In this document: piece after piece, positions 16,075 to 24,468 of the stretch
Position numbering within the stretch: the stretch's first letter is position 1
Layout: each line of letters opens with the position of its first letter
From: a virus
Length of the DNA stretch: 51,458 bases
Direction: 5' to 3' (one strand)
Virus record (IMG/VR): IMGVR_UViG_3300028907_000006
Coordinates: 1-51,458 of that record
The notes under the pieces: model-generated
The model's input: the letters and a program-made list of their open reading frames with translations, nothing else
Told to the model about the DNA's origin: nothing
The model's database searches: none
Translations under genes and position numbers: made by a program

Positions 16075-17996
16075 AGTTGTCTGACGTTTTTAGAATAGCT
16101 GGATACAATCGCAATGACGATATTATGAGGCTGAAGGGTTTTTCGGCCACTAAAGCCACAGACAACCGTAACAACTCTGCCTCCTTCGATGTTAAAGACG
16201 GAGATGAGCCAGCTAGAGGACAAGAGTTTTTGTTGAGAGATGAAACTCAAGGGAGTGTGGCTACACTCTATCCGATAGCTGGTAGCACTCCTACCAGCCA
16301 AATTACATCCAATTATCGGGGGCTGATGCTTGAGGTATTAAGTGATGTAAGGGTATCCCAAATTGGAATTAAGACAGATTCTGCGGCCACTACGGTGTAC
16401 TTTTGGAAAGTTGCTAGCGGAGATTACACGCTGGAGACTGAGTTGTTGTCGGGCACTCCGACATACTCCGGTGGATACAGTTCTCTAACTTTAACAGATG
16501 ATTTACGTTTGGGACCAGGATTCTATGCTATTATAGCCAAAGGAACGGCTTTGGGTGTTGGATATTATGCAGGCTTTTGGTCTGGTACAGATTCTTACGC
16601 TGAGGGCAAGCATTTGTATTATTATGATAGCTCCTCAGCTCCAGCTCATGGGCTTAGCATGTTGTATAGCCCGGGAGTGGGGGCCAGCGCATCTTTTCCT
16701 CCCAGGGGCATATTTGTCTATTACCCATTGACTGTAAATTACAGATACTTCTGTGGAATTGTGGATCAAGTACAGCAAGACCCAAGAGATCGTGACTCTG
16801 ACTATTGGCACGTAAGTTGTAGGGATTACACATATTCTCTCGACAAAAAATTGGTTCAAGAGATTTACACCAATACTAAAGTGGATGAGATCGTTCTGGA
16901 TTTAATAGCAAAATATGCAGATGAGTTTACAACAACTAACGTACAAACCAATGGGCCACAAGTAGAAAGAAAAGTGTTTGACTATAAGCACATGAGCGAT
17001 TGCTTGACGGCTCTAGCGGAGTATGTAGGTTGGTCTTGGTATATAGATTCTGCTAAAGACTTACACTTTTTTGAACCAGATACAGCTTCTGCTACTGCCC
17101 CGGAAACAATTACCGCTTCTAACTGTAACAAATTCAAATATCAATTGGATTCTCAAGAGTTAAGAAACAGAGTGTACGTGAAAGGGGCATACTACCTTTC
17201 TGACGAGTACACTCACGAGATCGTTGCTGACGGGCTAGCCAAGGCTTGGACTATGCCATATCCTCCCAAGGAATTGACTTTAGAAGTTGGGGGCATACTC
17301 CAAACTGTAGGTCAAGAGAATATAGACAATGAAGATGATTATGACTATATGTATAACACAACCGAGAAGACAGTCAGAATGTCGGATCATGATACAGCCC
17401 CAAGCCCATACCCAGCGGCTGGAGTCACTATGGCTTTTAAGTTCAAATTTGACCTCCCGGTAATAGCCATGAAAGAGGATGAAACCAGCCAACAAGCTAT
17501 TGCGGCGGCTGAGGGCGGTGACGGTATTTACGAACACATAATCGTGGATGAATCGTTGAACTCGAACCGTGATGCTGAGATGAGGGCAGAAGAGGATTTA
17601 AGACAATATTCAAACCCAAAAGTTAAAGGCAGTTTTGAGACATATACAAGAGGATTTGAGCCCGGACAAGTTGTCTATATCAACATATCGTCAAGAGGAA
17701 TAGACAACTATTTTGTGGTTCAACGAGTGTCTCAAAGGGTCGAAGGTAAGACTTGGAAATACACAGTAGAATTTGGGGGCAGAATTAAAGGGTTGGAGGA
17801 TGTATTCAAAGCAATTCTTTCTGCTAAAAAAGACAGCAAAGACAAGGATGCGGCTTACGTTCAAAAATTCAAGACGATGACTGGCGGCACATTTTCAATA
17901 ACTTCGGCCAGCTCATATTTGATCCGAACTCCCAAATACTATAAAATGGGTGACGCAGATGCGATTATGGGATTTACAGCAGTAAATTCCTCATAG
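16068..17996 (+). CDS. Distal tail / baseplate-hub-like tail protein (642 aa)
   Basis: It lies immediately after the tape measure gene. The central segment (DYWHVSCRDYTYSLDKKLVQEIYTNTKVDEIVLDLIAKY...MSDCLTALAEYVGWSWYIDSAKDLHFF) resembles gpD/gp27-like hub proteins. The start could be GTG 16068 or TTG 16077. Confidence 0.6.
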   Translation: MVKLSDVFRIAGYNRNDDIMRLKGFSATKATDNRNNSASFDVKDGDEPARGQEFLLRDETQGSVATLYPIAGSTPTSQITSNYRGLMLEVLSDVRVSQIGIKTDSAATTVYFWKVASGDYTLETELLSGTPTYSGGYSSLTLTDDLRLGPGFYAIIAKGTALGVGYYAGFWSGTDSYAEGKHLYYYDSSSAPAHGLSMLYSPGVGASASFPPRGIFVYYPLTVNYRYFCGIVDQVQQDPRDRDSDYWHVSCRDYTYSLDKKLVQEIYTNTKVDEIVLDLIAKYADEFTTTNVQTNGPQVERKVFDYKHMSDCLTALAEYVGWSWYIDSAKDLHFFEPDTASATAPETITASNCNKFKYQLDSQELRNRVYVKGAYYLSDEYTHEIVADGLAKAWTMPYPPKELTLEVGGILQTVGQENIDNEDDYDYMYNTTEKTVRMSDHDTAPSPYPAAGVTMAFKFKFDLPVIAMKEDETSQQAIAAAEGGDGIYEHIIVDESLNSNRDAEMRAEEDLRQYSNPKVKGSFETYTRGFEPGQVVYINISSRGIDNYFVVQRVSQRVEGKTWKYTVEFGGRIKGLEDVFKAILSAKKDSKDKDAAYVQKFKTMTGGTFSITSASSYLIRTPKYYKMGDADAIMGFTAVNSS

Positions 17997-18013
17997 TTTG
18001 GGGGGCTACCAAT

Positions 18014-18451
18014 ATGTTAAAAGTATCAGGTAATTGGAGATTTTTTCTCGACGGAGAACTGGTGTTGGAAAAACACAATCTCGTTACATCCAGCGGTCTT
18101 GAAGCTTTAGCCAAGCTATTGTCTAATGAAGAGTCCAATGATTGCGACATAAGAATCGCTTGGGGGACAGATAATACTGCGGCGGCGGCTGGGGACGATA
18201 CTCTGGGAGCAGAATCTGGTAGACGTCCAATTGTTACCAGGTATCGTTCCAGCAACAGCGTGGAGTTCCGGGCTTATTTTTTAGCCTCAGAAGCCGTTGG
18301 AACTTGGTACGAGTTTGGAGTATTTCTATGGGGTACAGCTGACGCTGACTCTGGAGATTTACTTTGCCGATTGGTGGAAGGTGCTGGAGTAACAAAAACC
18401 AACGTCCAGCTATTGACGGCTGAAATAACTATTACATTTGCGGCGGCTTAG
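18014..18451 (+). CDS. Hypothetical distal-tail protein, paralog of 5198..5590
   Basis: ATG after GGGGGG. NLVTSSGLEALAKLL......IRIAWGTDNTAAAAGDDTLGAE...E.GVFLWG...DSGDLLCRL shares its pattern with the head-module ORF. Confidence 0.55.
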   Translation: MLKVSGNWRFFLDGELVLEKHNLVTSSGLEALAKLLSNEESNDCDIRIAWGTDNTAAAAGDDTLGAESGRRPIVTRYRSSNSVEFRAYFLASEAVGTWYEFGVFLWGTADADSGDLLCRLVEGAGVTKTNVQLLTAEITITFAAA

Positions 18452-18464
18452 GGGGTGACGATAT

Positions 18465-19208
18465 TTGTATGCTTTCAAAGATGGTGTAGATACAGTAAAC
18501 TCCACAAACATGAATCAATTACTCACAATACAAAACTTTACAAACTTGTTTGAGGGTTCTTGGTTCGACAGCTACACTGGTGGAGTTACAGACTCAGCGG
18601 CATTATCCTCCTATGAATACGCTGTAAGGGTTACAACCACATCTTGCCATTTCACTCGGGTCGAGCTTGAGGCCAGAATAGATGGTGCTGGGGAAGATTT
18701 GACTGTATCTCTTATGAGTTCCGGGTTTGATCCTGTTGCGGGGTTAGAAGGAACTGCCCTGGCTACATTCGTGATTCCAAAGGAATTTATTGACGCTTCT
18801 GCGGCGTATATATCCATACCCATAAACTACTCTGGGTTGACTGCTTCAACGTACTACTATTTGAAAATAGCCAAAGCAGGAGATGGAACTAACCACGCCC
18901 ATATCAAGGGTAGCAATTCAACTTCTGGTTTAGCGGCTCAACCAGTGTATCAACGGTCGGCTGGTTCTGGAGCTTGGAGCGCAAGTACAGGAAATATAAA
19001 TTTTCATGCCGTGAGTGGAATTTCTGGTGCTTTATACCACACAATATATGGCGATAATGGGATTATAACCAACTCCTACACGGCTGGGAAGGTATCTCGC
19101 ATATATTTCTATTTGCCCCCGTCAGATGGAGCTGATGGAGGAATTAGGCAATATGTGGATGTTACTTGGTCTGGAGCTTATGTGTCCTACGGAACGGTGG
19201 TGGGATAA
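18465..19208 (+). CDS. Hypothetical tail fibre/baseplate protein (247 aa)
   Basis: TTG 6 nt after GGGGGTGA, in the distal tail module. Confidence 0.5.
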   Translation: MYAFKDGVDTVNSTNMNQLLTIQNFTNLFEGSWFDSYTGGVTDSAALSSYEYAVRVTTTSCHFTRVELEARIDGAGEDLTVSLMSSGFDPVAGLEGTALATFVIPKEFIDASAAYISIPINYSGLTASTYYYLKIAKAGDGTNHAHIKGSNSTSGLAAQPVYQRSAGSGAWSASTGNINFHAVSGISGALYHTIYGDNGIITNSYTAGKVSRIYFYLPPSDGADGGIRQYVDVTWSGAYVSYGTVVG

Positions 19209-19633
19209 TGGGAAATTTACTACCATTTGTAGCCAGACTTTCTATGGCTAGAACTACAAGCACAACAAAGCTAGTGGACCTGTCTGGGTCTGCCCCGGCG
19301 TGGAATACGGTTTTAGATTATGATGGAGTGGGTTGTCTAAAACAACTTTGGGCCACACTCAGCGGAGCAGGTACAACGGGACAAATGATAGAGATTGTTA
19401 TTGATGGCTCTACCGTTTGTTTGGGGTATTTCTCCGATAAAGCCGCAGCCACATACTATCCACATTTCGGCATATATCAAATTCCAACTACTCCGGCAGA
19501 TGCTATGACTACAGACGGAGCTTGGAGCAAACTCAACTTAAATTTCCGTAGCAATTTAACCATTCGAGCTTATCAAACGGCCACCAGCCAAATTGATGTG
19601 TATTATGTACTTGATGTAGTTAGTAGATCGTAG
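19208..19633 (+). CDS. Hypothetical distal-tail protein, tandem paralog A (141 aa)
   Basis: The ATG at 19208 overlaps the upstream stop (TAATG). ...LDYDGVGCLKQLWA...IEIVIDGSTV...IDVYYVLDV parallels 19646..20074. Confidence 0.55.
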   Translation: MGNLLPFVARLSMARTTSTTKLVDLSGSAPAWNTVLDYDGVGCLKQLWATLSGAGTTGQMIEIVIDGSTVCLGYFSDKAAATYYPHFGIYQIPTTPADAMTTDGAWSKLNLNFRSNLTIRAYQTATSQIDVYYVLDVVSRS

Positions 19634-19645
19634 GAGGAGGACATT

Positions 19646-20074
19646 ATGATTGATATAATTGCTATGCCTTTGCTCCTACAGGCAAAGAAAGACACATATA
19701 CTCAAGCATTTGACTCGGGGTATGTGGGAGCAGGAACTTGCTCTTGGGTAAGTCTGCTCGATTATTGGGGCAGGGGTTCTTTGAAAAGGATCGGGGCAGA
19801 GCTTCATGCCGCAGGGGCGGCTATGCCCGCAATTCGCATAAGCATTGATGGCTCGACTTTTAGCGTGGGTAAACTCTCGACTGATGGAAGTTCTCTGTAT
19901 CTTCCTACAATAAATTTCTATTCTGCTAACAGCACTTCCACCATAGCTTTTACCAATTTGTCTTCTGGAGATCAGCAAGAGGTGGATATACCATTCTCAT
20001 ACAATCTCTTGATTGAAGGTAACAACAGTTTAGCCAATCAGCTACAGGTTTATTGGCAACTTGATGTAGAATAG
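19646..20074 (+). CDS. Hypothetical distal-tail protein, tandem paralog B (142 aa)
   Basis: RBS AGGAGGAGG. ...LLDYWGRGSLKRIGA...IRISIDGSTF...LQVYWQLDV. Confidence 0.55.
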   Translation: MIDIIAMPLLLQAKKDTYTQAFDSGYVGAGTCSWVSLLDYWGRGSLKRIGAELHAAGAAMPAIRISIDGSTFSVGKLSTDGSSLYLPTINFYSANSTSTIAFTNLSSGDQQEVDIPFSYNLLIEGNNSLANQLQVYWQLDVE

Positions 20075-20087
20075 CGGAGGAGAATTT

Positions 20088-21074
20088 ATGATATTTAAGT
20101 CAGGGCTGATTGCCGCAACTCCAGACTATCGTGACTGGAGGGTCGGTAATTTATACTCATTACCAAGCGAATTACCGCTTTACCATAATATGGATCACCT
20201 ATTGCCTAAAGTCAGAGACCAAGGGAAGTTTGGAACTTGTGTGGCCTTTGCCGGAGTTTGTATCAAAGGGATTCAAGAGGCATTAAATTATCCGGGAGCT
20301 GACTATGAGTTTAGCCCACTACATTTGTACTCAGAAGCAAAAGAGATTGATGGGTATAAAGATTCTGAAGGCACCACTCTAAAAGCTGTAATGTCTGTAC
20401 TGAAAAATAGGGGAATTTGTTTTGAGGGCAGTTTTCCTTACTCGCTTATGTCTTGGCCTGAGCTTCCAAAAATGAATGATTCTTTGCGAGAAGAAGGATT
20501 GAAGTTTGTTATAGGAGGGTACGCATTAGCCCAAACCGAACAAGAAATTAAATTCCAACTCTCTTGTAATCAACCAGTTCTCGGGGGAATATTAGTTACA
20601 GAGAGCTTTGTGGAAGGAGTTGATGGAGAGGGCTATGTGCCTATACCCAGAGGAACATATCTGGGAGGGCACGGCATAGCGGTAATAGGATATGACGATA
20701 CGAGAGAAAAGAACGGTCATGTTGGATTTTTCAGGGTTCAAAACAGTTGGGGTTCTTCTTGGGGAGACAAAGGAAGATGTTGGATTCCATACGACTATTT
20801 CAGGATGGTAGATAAGGATTTGGGATACAGGTATTGGCCCGAATCCATGTCTAGTGTGGATTTGATTCTCCCTATTCAACAAGCAAATAAGATTGTGTTT
20901 TTTGTTGGGTCTAAAGATGTGGAAATTGATGGAAGAAAATGGACTATGCATACAAAGTTGAAGATTGATTCAGAAACCAATCGGGTCATGGTTCCTCTTC
21001 GGGCTATCGGAGAAATGCTTGGATACAAAGTATTTTGGGAGAATGGAAAAATCCTAATGATGAGAGGTGGTTGA
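20088..21074 (+). CDS. Papain-family (C1A) cysteine peptidase fused to a Cu-amine-oxidase-N-terminal-like (stalk/cell-wall-associated) domain
   Basis: The catalytic motifs are in order: PDYRDWR, RDQGKFGTCVAFAG (Cys), GGHGIAVIGYDD (His), VQNSWGSSWGDKGRCWIPY (Asn-Ser-Trp). The C-terminal 70 aa (VEIDGRKWTMH...VMVPLRAIGEMLGYKVFWENG) resemble the Cu_amine_oxidN1 fold found in Bacillota. Confidence 0.8.
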   Translation: MIFKSGLIAATPDYRDWRVGNLYSLPSELPLYHNMDHLLPKVRDQGKFGTCVAFAGVCIKGIQEALNYPGADYEFSPLHLYSEAKEIDGYKDSEGTTLKAVMSVLKNRGICFEGSFPYSLMSWPELPKMNDSLREEGLKFVIGGYALAQTEQEIKFQLSCNQPVLGGILVTESFVEGVDGEGYVPIPRGTYLGGHGIAVIGYDDTREKNGHVGFFRVQNSWGSSWGDKGRCWIPYDYFRMVDKDLGYRYWPESMSSVDLILPIQQANKIVFFVGSKDVEIDGRKWTMHTKLKIDSETNRVMVPLRAIGEMLGYKVFWENGKILMMRGG

Positions 21075-21077
21075 TAG

Positions 21078-21341
21078 TTGACTGAAAATGTTGGAGAGTA
21101 TGGGGTAGCTATTGTAGCTCTTTGGGTATTATACAGCGTTATAAAAGAACTTTCCAATCACAAAAAATCTCAACCCAGTCAAGTATCTCATGACGCTGTT
21201 ATGTATCAACAAGAATGGCTACAAGCTCAACGCCAAAGCATTTGTAAGATAGAAACCGATGTTTCCCGAGTTTTGGAAACATCTCTTATCAACTCAAGAA
21301 AGCTGGATGAAATCATACGAATAACACAAGAGAGGAGCTAG
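21078..21341 (+). CDS. Small membrane protein (one N-terminal TM helix; lysis-cassette accessory or holin-like)
   Basis: The hydrophobic stretch YGVAIVALWVLYSVI is followed by a charged helical tail. It lies between the peptidase and the holin. Confidence 0.45.
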   Translation: MTENVGEYGVAIVALWVLYSVIKELSNHKKSQPSQVSHDAVMYQQEWLQAQRQSICKIETDVSRVLETSLINSRKLDEIIRITQERS

Positions 21342-21343
21342 GT

Positions 21344-21520
21344 ATGGAAGTTAAAAAGTGGTATCAATCAAAAACTATTTGGGTCAATATAATCCTGCTG
21401 GCCGGCCTTTTTTCCCAATCGCTAGTTGGATTAGACTTGAGCGCAGAAGAGCAGGGGTCAATAATTGTACTCATCAACTTGATCCTCCGAGTTATTACCA
21501 AACAGCCCCTGGGTAAGTAG
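21344..21520 (+). CDS. Holin (58 aa, two TM segments); not in the ORF track because it is under 60 aa
   Basis: My translation: MEVKKWYQSKTIWVNIILLAGLFSQSLVGLDLSAEEQGSIIVLINLILRVITKQPLGK. The ...SKT.W.N......LS.E....I...IN..LR..T pattern is typical of Bacillota phage holins. The ORF ends 1 nt before the amidase start. Confidence 0.6.
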   Translation: MEVKKWYQSKTIWVNIILLAGLFSQSLVGLDLSAEEQGSIIVLINLILRVITKQPLGK

Positions 21521-21521
21521 C

Positions 21522-22088
21522 ATGAGAGTTTGTATTGACCCGGGCCACGGCGGCTCAGACAGCGGAGCTGTTGGAATCAACGGTCTTTTGGAAAAAACAA
21601 TCAACCTTAACATAGCTTTGAAAGTACAACAATATCTAAAAAGAGCTGGGTTTGTTGTTGGGTTGACTAGAGACAAAGATGAGTTTGTATCTTTAGAGCA
21701 AAGAGTGAAGACAGCAAACTCTGGTTTCTACAATGCTTTCATATCCATACATTGTAATTCTTCGACTGGAGGAGTTGCTGAGGGGCTAGAGATTTGGTAC
21801 CCAAATAATGTAGGAGTTTTTAATTGGGAGTCCAACGTAGTTCTGGCTTACATTTTGCAAAAGAACTTGTTGATATCCTCCGGGGCTAAAGATCGTGGCT
21901 TGAAAACCATGACAGAGGAGCAAAAGGAGTTTTATGTACTCAGAAATACGCTGGTTCCAGCGGCTCTTGTAGAATGTGGATTTTTATCCAGTTTTAAGGA
22001 ATCTGCCCTGCTTGGGGAGGAATTTTATTTGGAGAAAATCTCTTTGGGAATCTTTCATGCTGTGAGCTCATTTGTTAAACTAAAATAA
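21522..22088 (+). CDS. N-acetylmuramoyl-L-alanine amidase endolysin (Amidase_3)
   Basis: CIDPGHGGSDSGAVG, ISIHCNS and ECGFLS motifs. Confidence 0.9.
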   Translation: MRVCIDPGHGGSDSGAVGINGLLEKTINLNIALKVQQYLKRAGFVVGLTRDKDEFVSLEQRVKTANSGFYNAFISIHCNSSTGGVAEGLEIWYPNNVGVFNWESNVVLAYILQKNLLISSGAKDRGLKTMTEEQKEFYVLRNTLVPAALVECGFLSSFKESALLGEEFYLEKISLGIFHAVSSFVKLK

Positions 22089-22093
22089 AAATT

Positions 22094-22124
22094 GGGGGGC
22101 TTTTGCCCCCCTCATTTTTATTTT
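22094..22124. terminator. Bidirectional intrinsic terminator at the convergence of the late and early arms
   Basis: GGGGGGC-TTTT-GCCCCCC (22094-22111) is flanked by AAAATAAAAATT upstream and TCATTTTTATTTT downstream. Confidence 0.85.
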
Positions 22125-22329
22125 AGCTTTGTTTAATTTTGTTTAGGTATTTTTGATAGGTGTCTTCCAGGTGTTCTTTTGCCCCTTTGATCCATTGCGG
22201 GGTACCACATTTTTGGGCGCAAGCTAGTGCTTTTTGGGCTTCAAATAGTTTGGCTTCGAGTTCTTTGAGGGTGTCCTCGGCATCCTCATCTTTGAATCTG
22301 TGGGGGTCAAAGTATTCGCTTCTTTTCAT
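22123..22329 (-). CDS. Hypothetical protein (68 aa, helical)
   Basis: It has its own promoter cassette (P1) and the RBS AAGGAGGAAG. Confidence 0.55.
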   Translation of the reverse strand: MKRSEYFDPHRFKDEDAEDTLKELEAKLFEAQKALACAQKCGTPQWIKGAKEHLEDTYQKYLNKIKQS

Positions 22330-22373
22330 TTTTTCTTCCTCCTTTGTATTTTTGTTTTTCTCTTGTTACTACA

Positions 22374-22402
22374 AGTATAACTCGTTTACTCTAAAAAGTA
22401 AA
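22374..22402 (-). promoter_or_regulatory. Early promoter P1 (minus strand: TTTACT-N17-TATACT) within a reiterated cassette
   Basis: On the plus strand, agtata lies at 22374-22379 and agtaaa at 22397-22402 with a 17-nt spacer. The flanking cassette 22340-22440 is shared with P3, P5 and P6. Confidence 0.6.
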
Positions 22403-22553
22403 GAGTTATTTTGTAAAATTTTTGGAAATTTTTTAGTTTTTACAATAATTAAATATTTGGGTAAAATAGACAGAGAAAATTACACAGATAAATACTAGTC
22501 AAACTATTTTCAAATGTCTTCTAGTATGTAAAAATTTTGTCTGAATTGAATAA

Positions 22554-22580
22554 GAGCGCAACGAAAAACTCGTTGCGCTC
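22554..22580 (-). terminator. Intrinsic terminator candidate ending the long early operon
   Basis: GAGCGCAACGA-AAAAC-TCGTTGCGCTC is an 11-bp perfect stem. On the minus strand it is followed by TTATTCAATT. Confidence 0.55.
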
Positions 22581-22590
22581 CAGTTTCATT

Positions 22591-22812
22591 TTACTTTTTG
22601 GCTTCTCGAAGTATCCAAGACACTTTTGCTTCAGCGGCTTTCCATAGATGGTAGAAGATCGTGTCTTGCTCGGGGTCGCATATTTTATACATTTCTTCAG
22701 CCAAATCTCTGTCCCTTATGGCCTCTCTCAAAAGCTCTTCCAAACTCATCCCTCCTACCTTACAACTTGAAACAACATTCCGCAAACTATCCCAGCCACT
22801 AACCAAAACCAA
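22591..22812 (-). CDS. Hypothetical protein (start uncertain: TTG 22812 or ATG 22749)
   Basis: An ORF is present. The internal ATG (MSLEELLREAIRD...) is preceded by GGTAGGAGGG. An alternative 25-codon hydrophobic ORF overlaps the 5' part. Confidence 0.4.
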   Translation of the reverse strand: MVLVSGWDSLRNVVSSCKVGGMSLEELLREAIRDRDLAEEMYKICDPEQDTIFYHLWKAAEAKVSWILREAKK

Positions 22813-22828
22813 AAATTTTGCGGTAATT

Positions 22829-23137
22829 TCATACTTGTACCTCCAAACCTGTAGGCAGTTTTACAAATACTTTATTGTCTCTCAGTATAACTTCTTGATA
22901 CAGGGGAAAAGGCTGGTCCAAGTCTTTTTCCACAATTCCTCCAGCATTATTATAAGCCACCACAGATCGGGTTTTTCCATCATCAATTACGACTGGTCCA
23001 AATGCGGCCAAGACTTTAGCCGCCACAATTGTTAGCTCATTCCACTCATCAAAATTTTCACTGCTTGTAACATTCTCAAGCCCATTAGCCAATTCTTCGA
23101 TTTCTTTTATGCGTAAAATTGTTTGAAGTACATTCAT
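22829..23137 (-). CDS. Hypothetical protein (102 aa)
   Basis: ORF on the early strand, preceded by AAGGAGCTATGATATG. Confidence 0.5.
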   Translation of the reverse strand: MNVLQTILRIKEIEELANGLENVTSSENFDEWNELTIVAAKVLAAFGPVVIDDGKTRSVVAYNNAGGIVEKDLDQPFPLYQEVILRDNKVFVKLPTGLEVQV

Positions 23138-23138
23138 A

Positions 23139-23309
23139 TCATAGCTCCTTGAAAATGTATTTTAGTGCCAAATAAGCTCCTCCGAGAACCCAAGTCCATA
23201 TCGCCAGAGCAATTACAAAATCGGTAATTGTTTCTTGTATTCCACAATGACTAGCCATTAGAATAAAAGTTGGTACTAGAATCCAAGCAACTAGCTTCAA
23301 GAAATCCAT
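23139..23309 (-). CDS. Small membrane protein (56 aa); not in the ORF track
   Basis: My translation: MDFLKLVAWILVPTFILMASHCGIQETITDFVIALAIWTWVLGGAYLALKYIFKEL. It has two hydrophobic helices and abuts its neighbours. Confidence 0.4.
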   Translation of the reverse strand: MDFLKLVAWILVPTFILMASHCGIQETITDFVIALAIWTWVLGGAYLALKYIFKEL

Positions 23310-23310
23310 A

Positions 23311-23460
23311 TCAATCTTCTTCCTCAGAAATTAGTTCTTGTCCGCAACAACAACGATAGCGTAAAACTCCCTTGATAACAGCCCCAACAAAATTTACTTT
23401 ACAGCTCCTGTTACAAACAGGGCACTTAAACTCCACAACATAGCTTTTAGGCTCGTCCAT
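23311..23460 (-). CDS. Small zinc-ribbon protein (49 aa); not in the ORF track
   Basis: My translation: MDEPKSYVVEFKCPVCNRSCKVNFVGAVIKGVLRYRCCCGQELISEEED. It carries CPVC...CCCG and the RBS TTGGAGGAC. Confidence 0.4.
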   Translation of the reverse strand: MDEPKSYVVEFKCPVCNRSCKVNFVGAVIKGVLRYRCCCGQELISEEED

Positions 23461-23576
23461 GAGTCCTCCAATTTTAGGTTTGATGGTGGGTCGCTAGCCC
23501 AAAAGCCGCTGGTGCCAAGGAGCTAAGATTACAAATACAGCCAATACCTTTACCAAAAATTTCATGTGTTTTCCTC

Positions 23577-23828
23577 CTATACTCCAAAAATCCATTTGTC
23601 TACAAAGAATACTATTGCCCCCAAAATAATTTGACTGACTACCATGGATTTGTACTTCCCATCAATTTGTTTCTCGACTTGGCTCAAAAACCAAGCTCCT
23701 GGTACAGCCAATATTCCCCAACGAGCAATATACATAAGGTGAATTGCGGGATCATAATTCTCCCATACTTGAAAAGCCAAATCTCCATATTGCGTCAACG
23801 CTATCAACAATCCTTGATTCTCTATCAC
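23577..23828 (-). CDS. Membrane protein (83 aa)
   Basis: Two or three hydrophobic segments (WGILAVPGAWFL, VVSQIILGAIVFFV). Confidence 0.5.
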   Translation of the reverse strand: MIENQGLLIALTQYGDLAFQVWENYDPAIHLMYIARWGILAVPGAWFLSQVEKQIDGKYKSMVVSQIILGAIVFFVDKWIFGV

Positions 23829-23876
23829 TGTTTGACCTCTCCAATTCGCTTACAATATACCACCTGCGGGGTACAT

Positions 23877-24296
23877 TTACACCAACTCCATAAAGTTGAT
23901 TGTTTTAATCCATTCCATAAAGCCGTTGGGATATGCGTTTCCCAATTTCGGTTTCTGATTGGACGCCAGCGGAGGATTATCATACAGCCCGAATTGCTGT
24001 TTGTAATCCATAAAATCGCTGGGGTCCAAAACTCCGTCTCCATTCAGATCGCATGCTCGGAACACCTCCGGGGTCAAGCGGTCTCTGCCCGCAGACACAT
24101 TTCCTTGGATATAATAGTAGTCATCTTGGGTAATTTTTCCATCACGATTAGCGTCCAAATTCGGCGTGTTAGCTACATGGGCGGCAACAATAACAGGCGT
24201 GAGCGGTACAACAGGAACAAAAAGCGGTGCGGCCTCAACGATAGGAGCTACCATAAGCAAAGAAGTTACAACAAAAGCTCCAAGCAATTTTTTCAT
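23877..24296 (-). CDS. Secreted protein with a dockerin-like double Ca-binding repeat
   Basis: Signal peptide MKKLLGAFVVTSLLMVAPIVEA. Two loops match the dockerin/EF-hand pattern D-x-N-x-DG: DANRDGKITQDDYYYI and DLNGDGVLDPSDFMDY. RBS AAGGAGGAG. Confidence 0.65.
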   Translation of the reverse strand: MKKLLGAFVVTSLLMVAPIVEAAPLFVPVVPLTPVIVAAHVANTPNLDANRDGKITQDDYYYIQGNVSAGRDRLTPEVFRACDLNGDGVLDPSDFMDYKQQFGLYDNPPLASNQKPKLGNAYPNGFMEWIKTINFMELV

Positions 24297-24299
24297 GAT

Positions 24300-24467
24300 T
24301 TACTCCTCCTTTGTATTGTCAGCAGTTTTATAGCTGATGTGTGGCGTGAGTGGGTTAGGAAATTTGGGTGGGGGCCAACCCGGATATATTTGCTCCACAG
24401 ATCGTTCTTCGATTATACGTTCAACCAATTGACCGTCTTGATATTTCTCTGTAATAATTCTTATCAA
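24300..24467 (-). CDS. Hypothetical protein (55 aa)
   Basis: The TTG at 24467 is 4 nt after GGAGGTG, just past the SNF2 stop. The ORF-track start at 24491 would overlap the helicase. Confidence 0.4.
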   Translation of the reverse strand: MIRIITEKYQDGQLVERIIEERSVEQIYPGWPPPKFPNPLTPHISYKTADNTKEE

Positions 24468-24468
24468 A

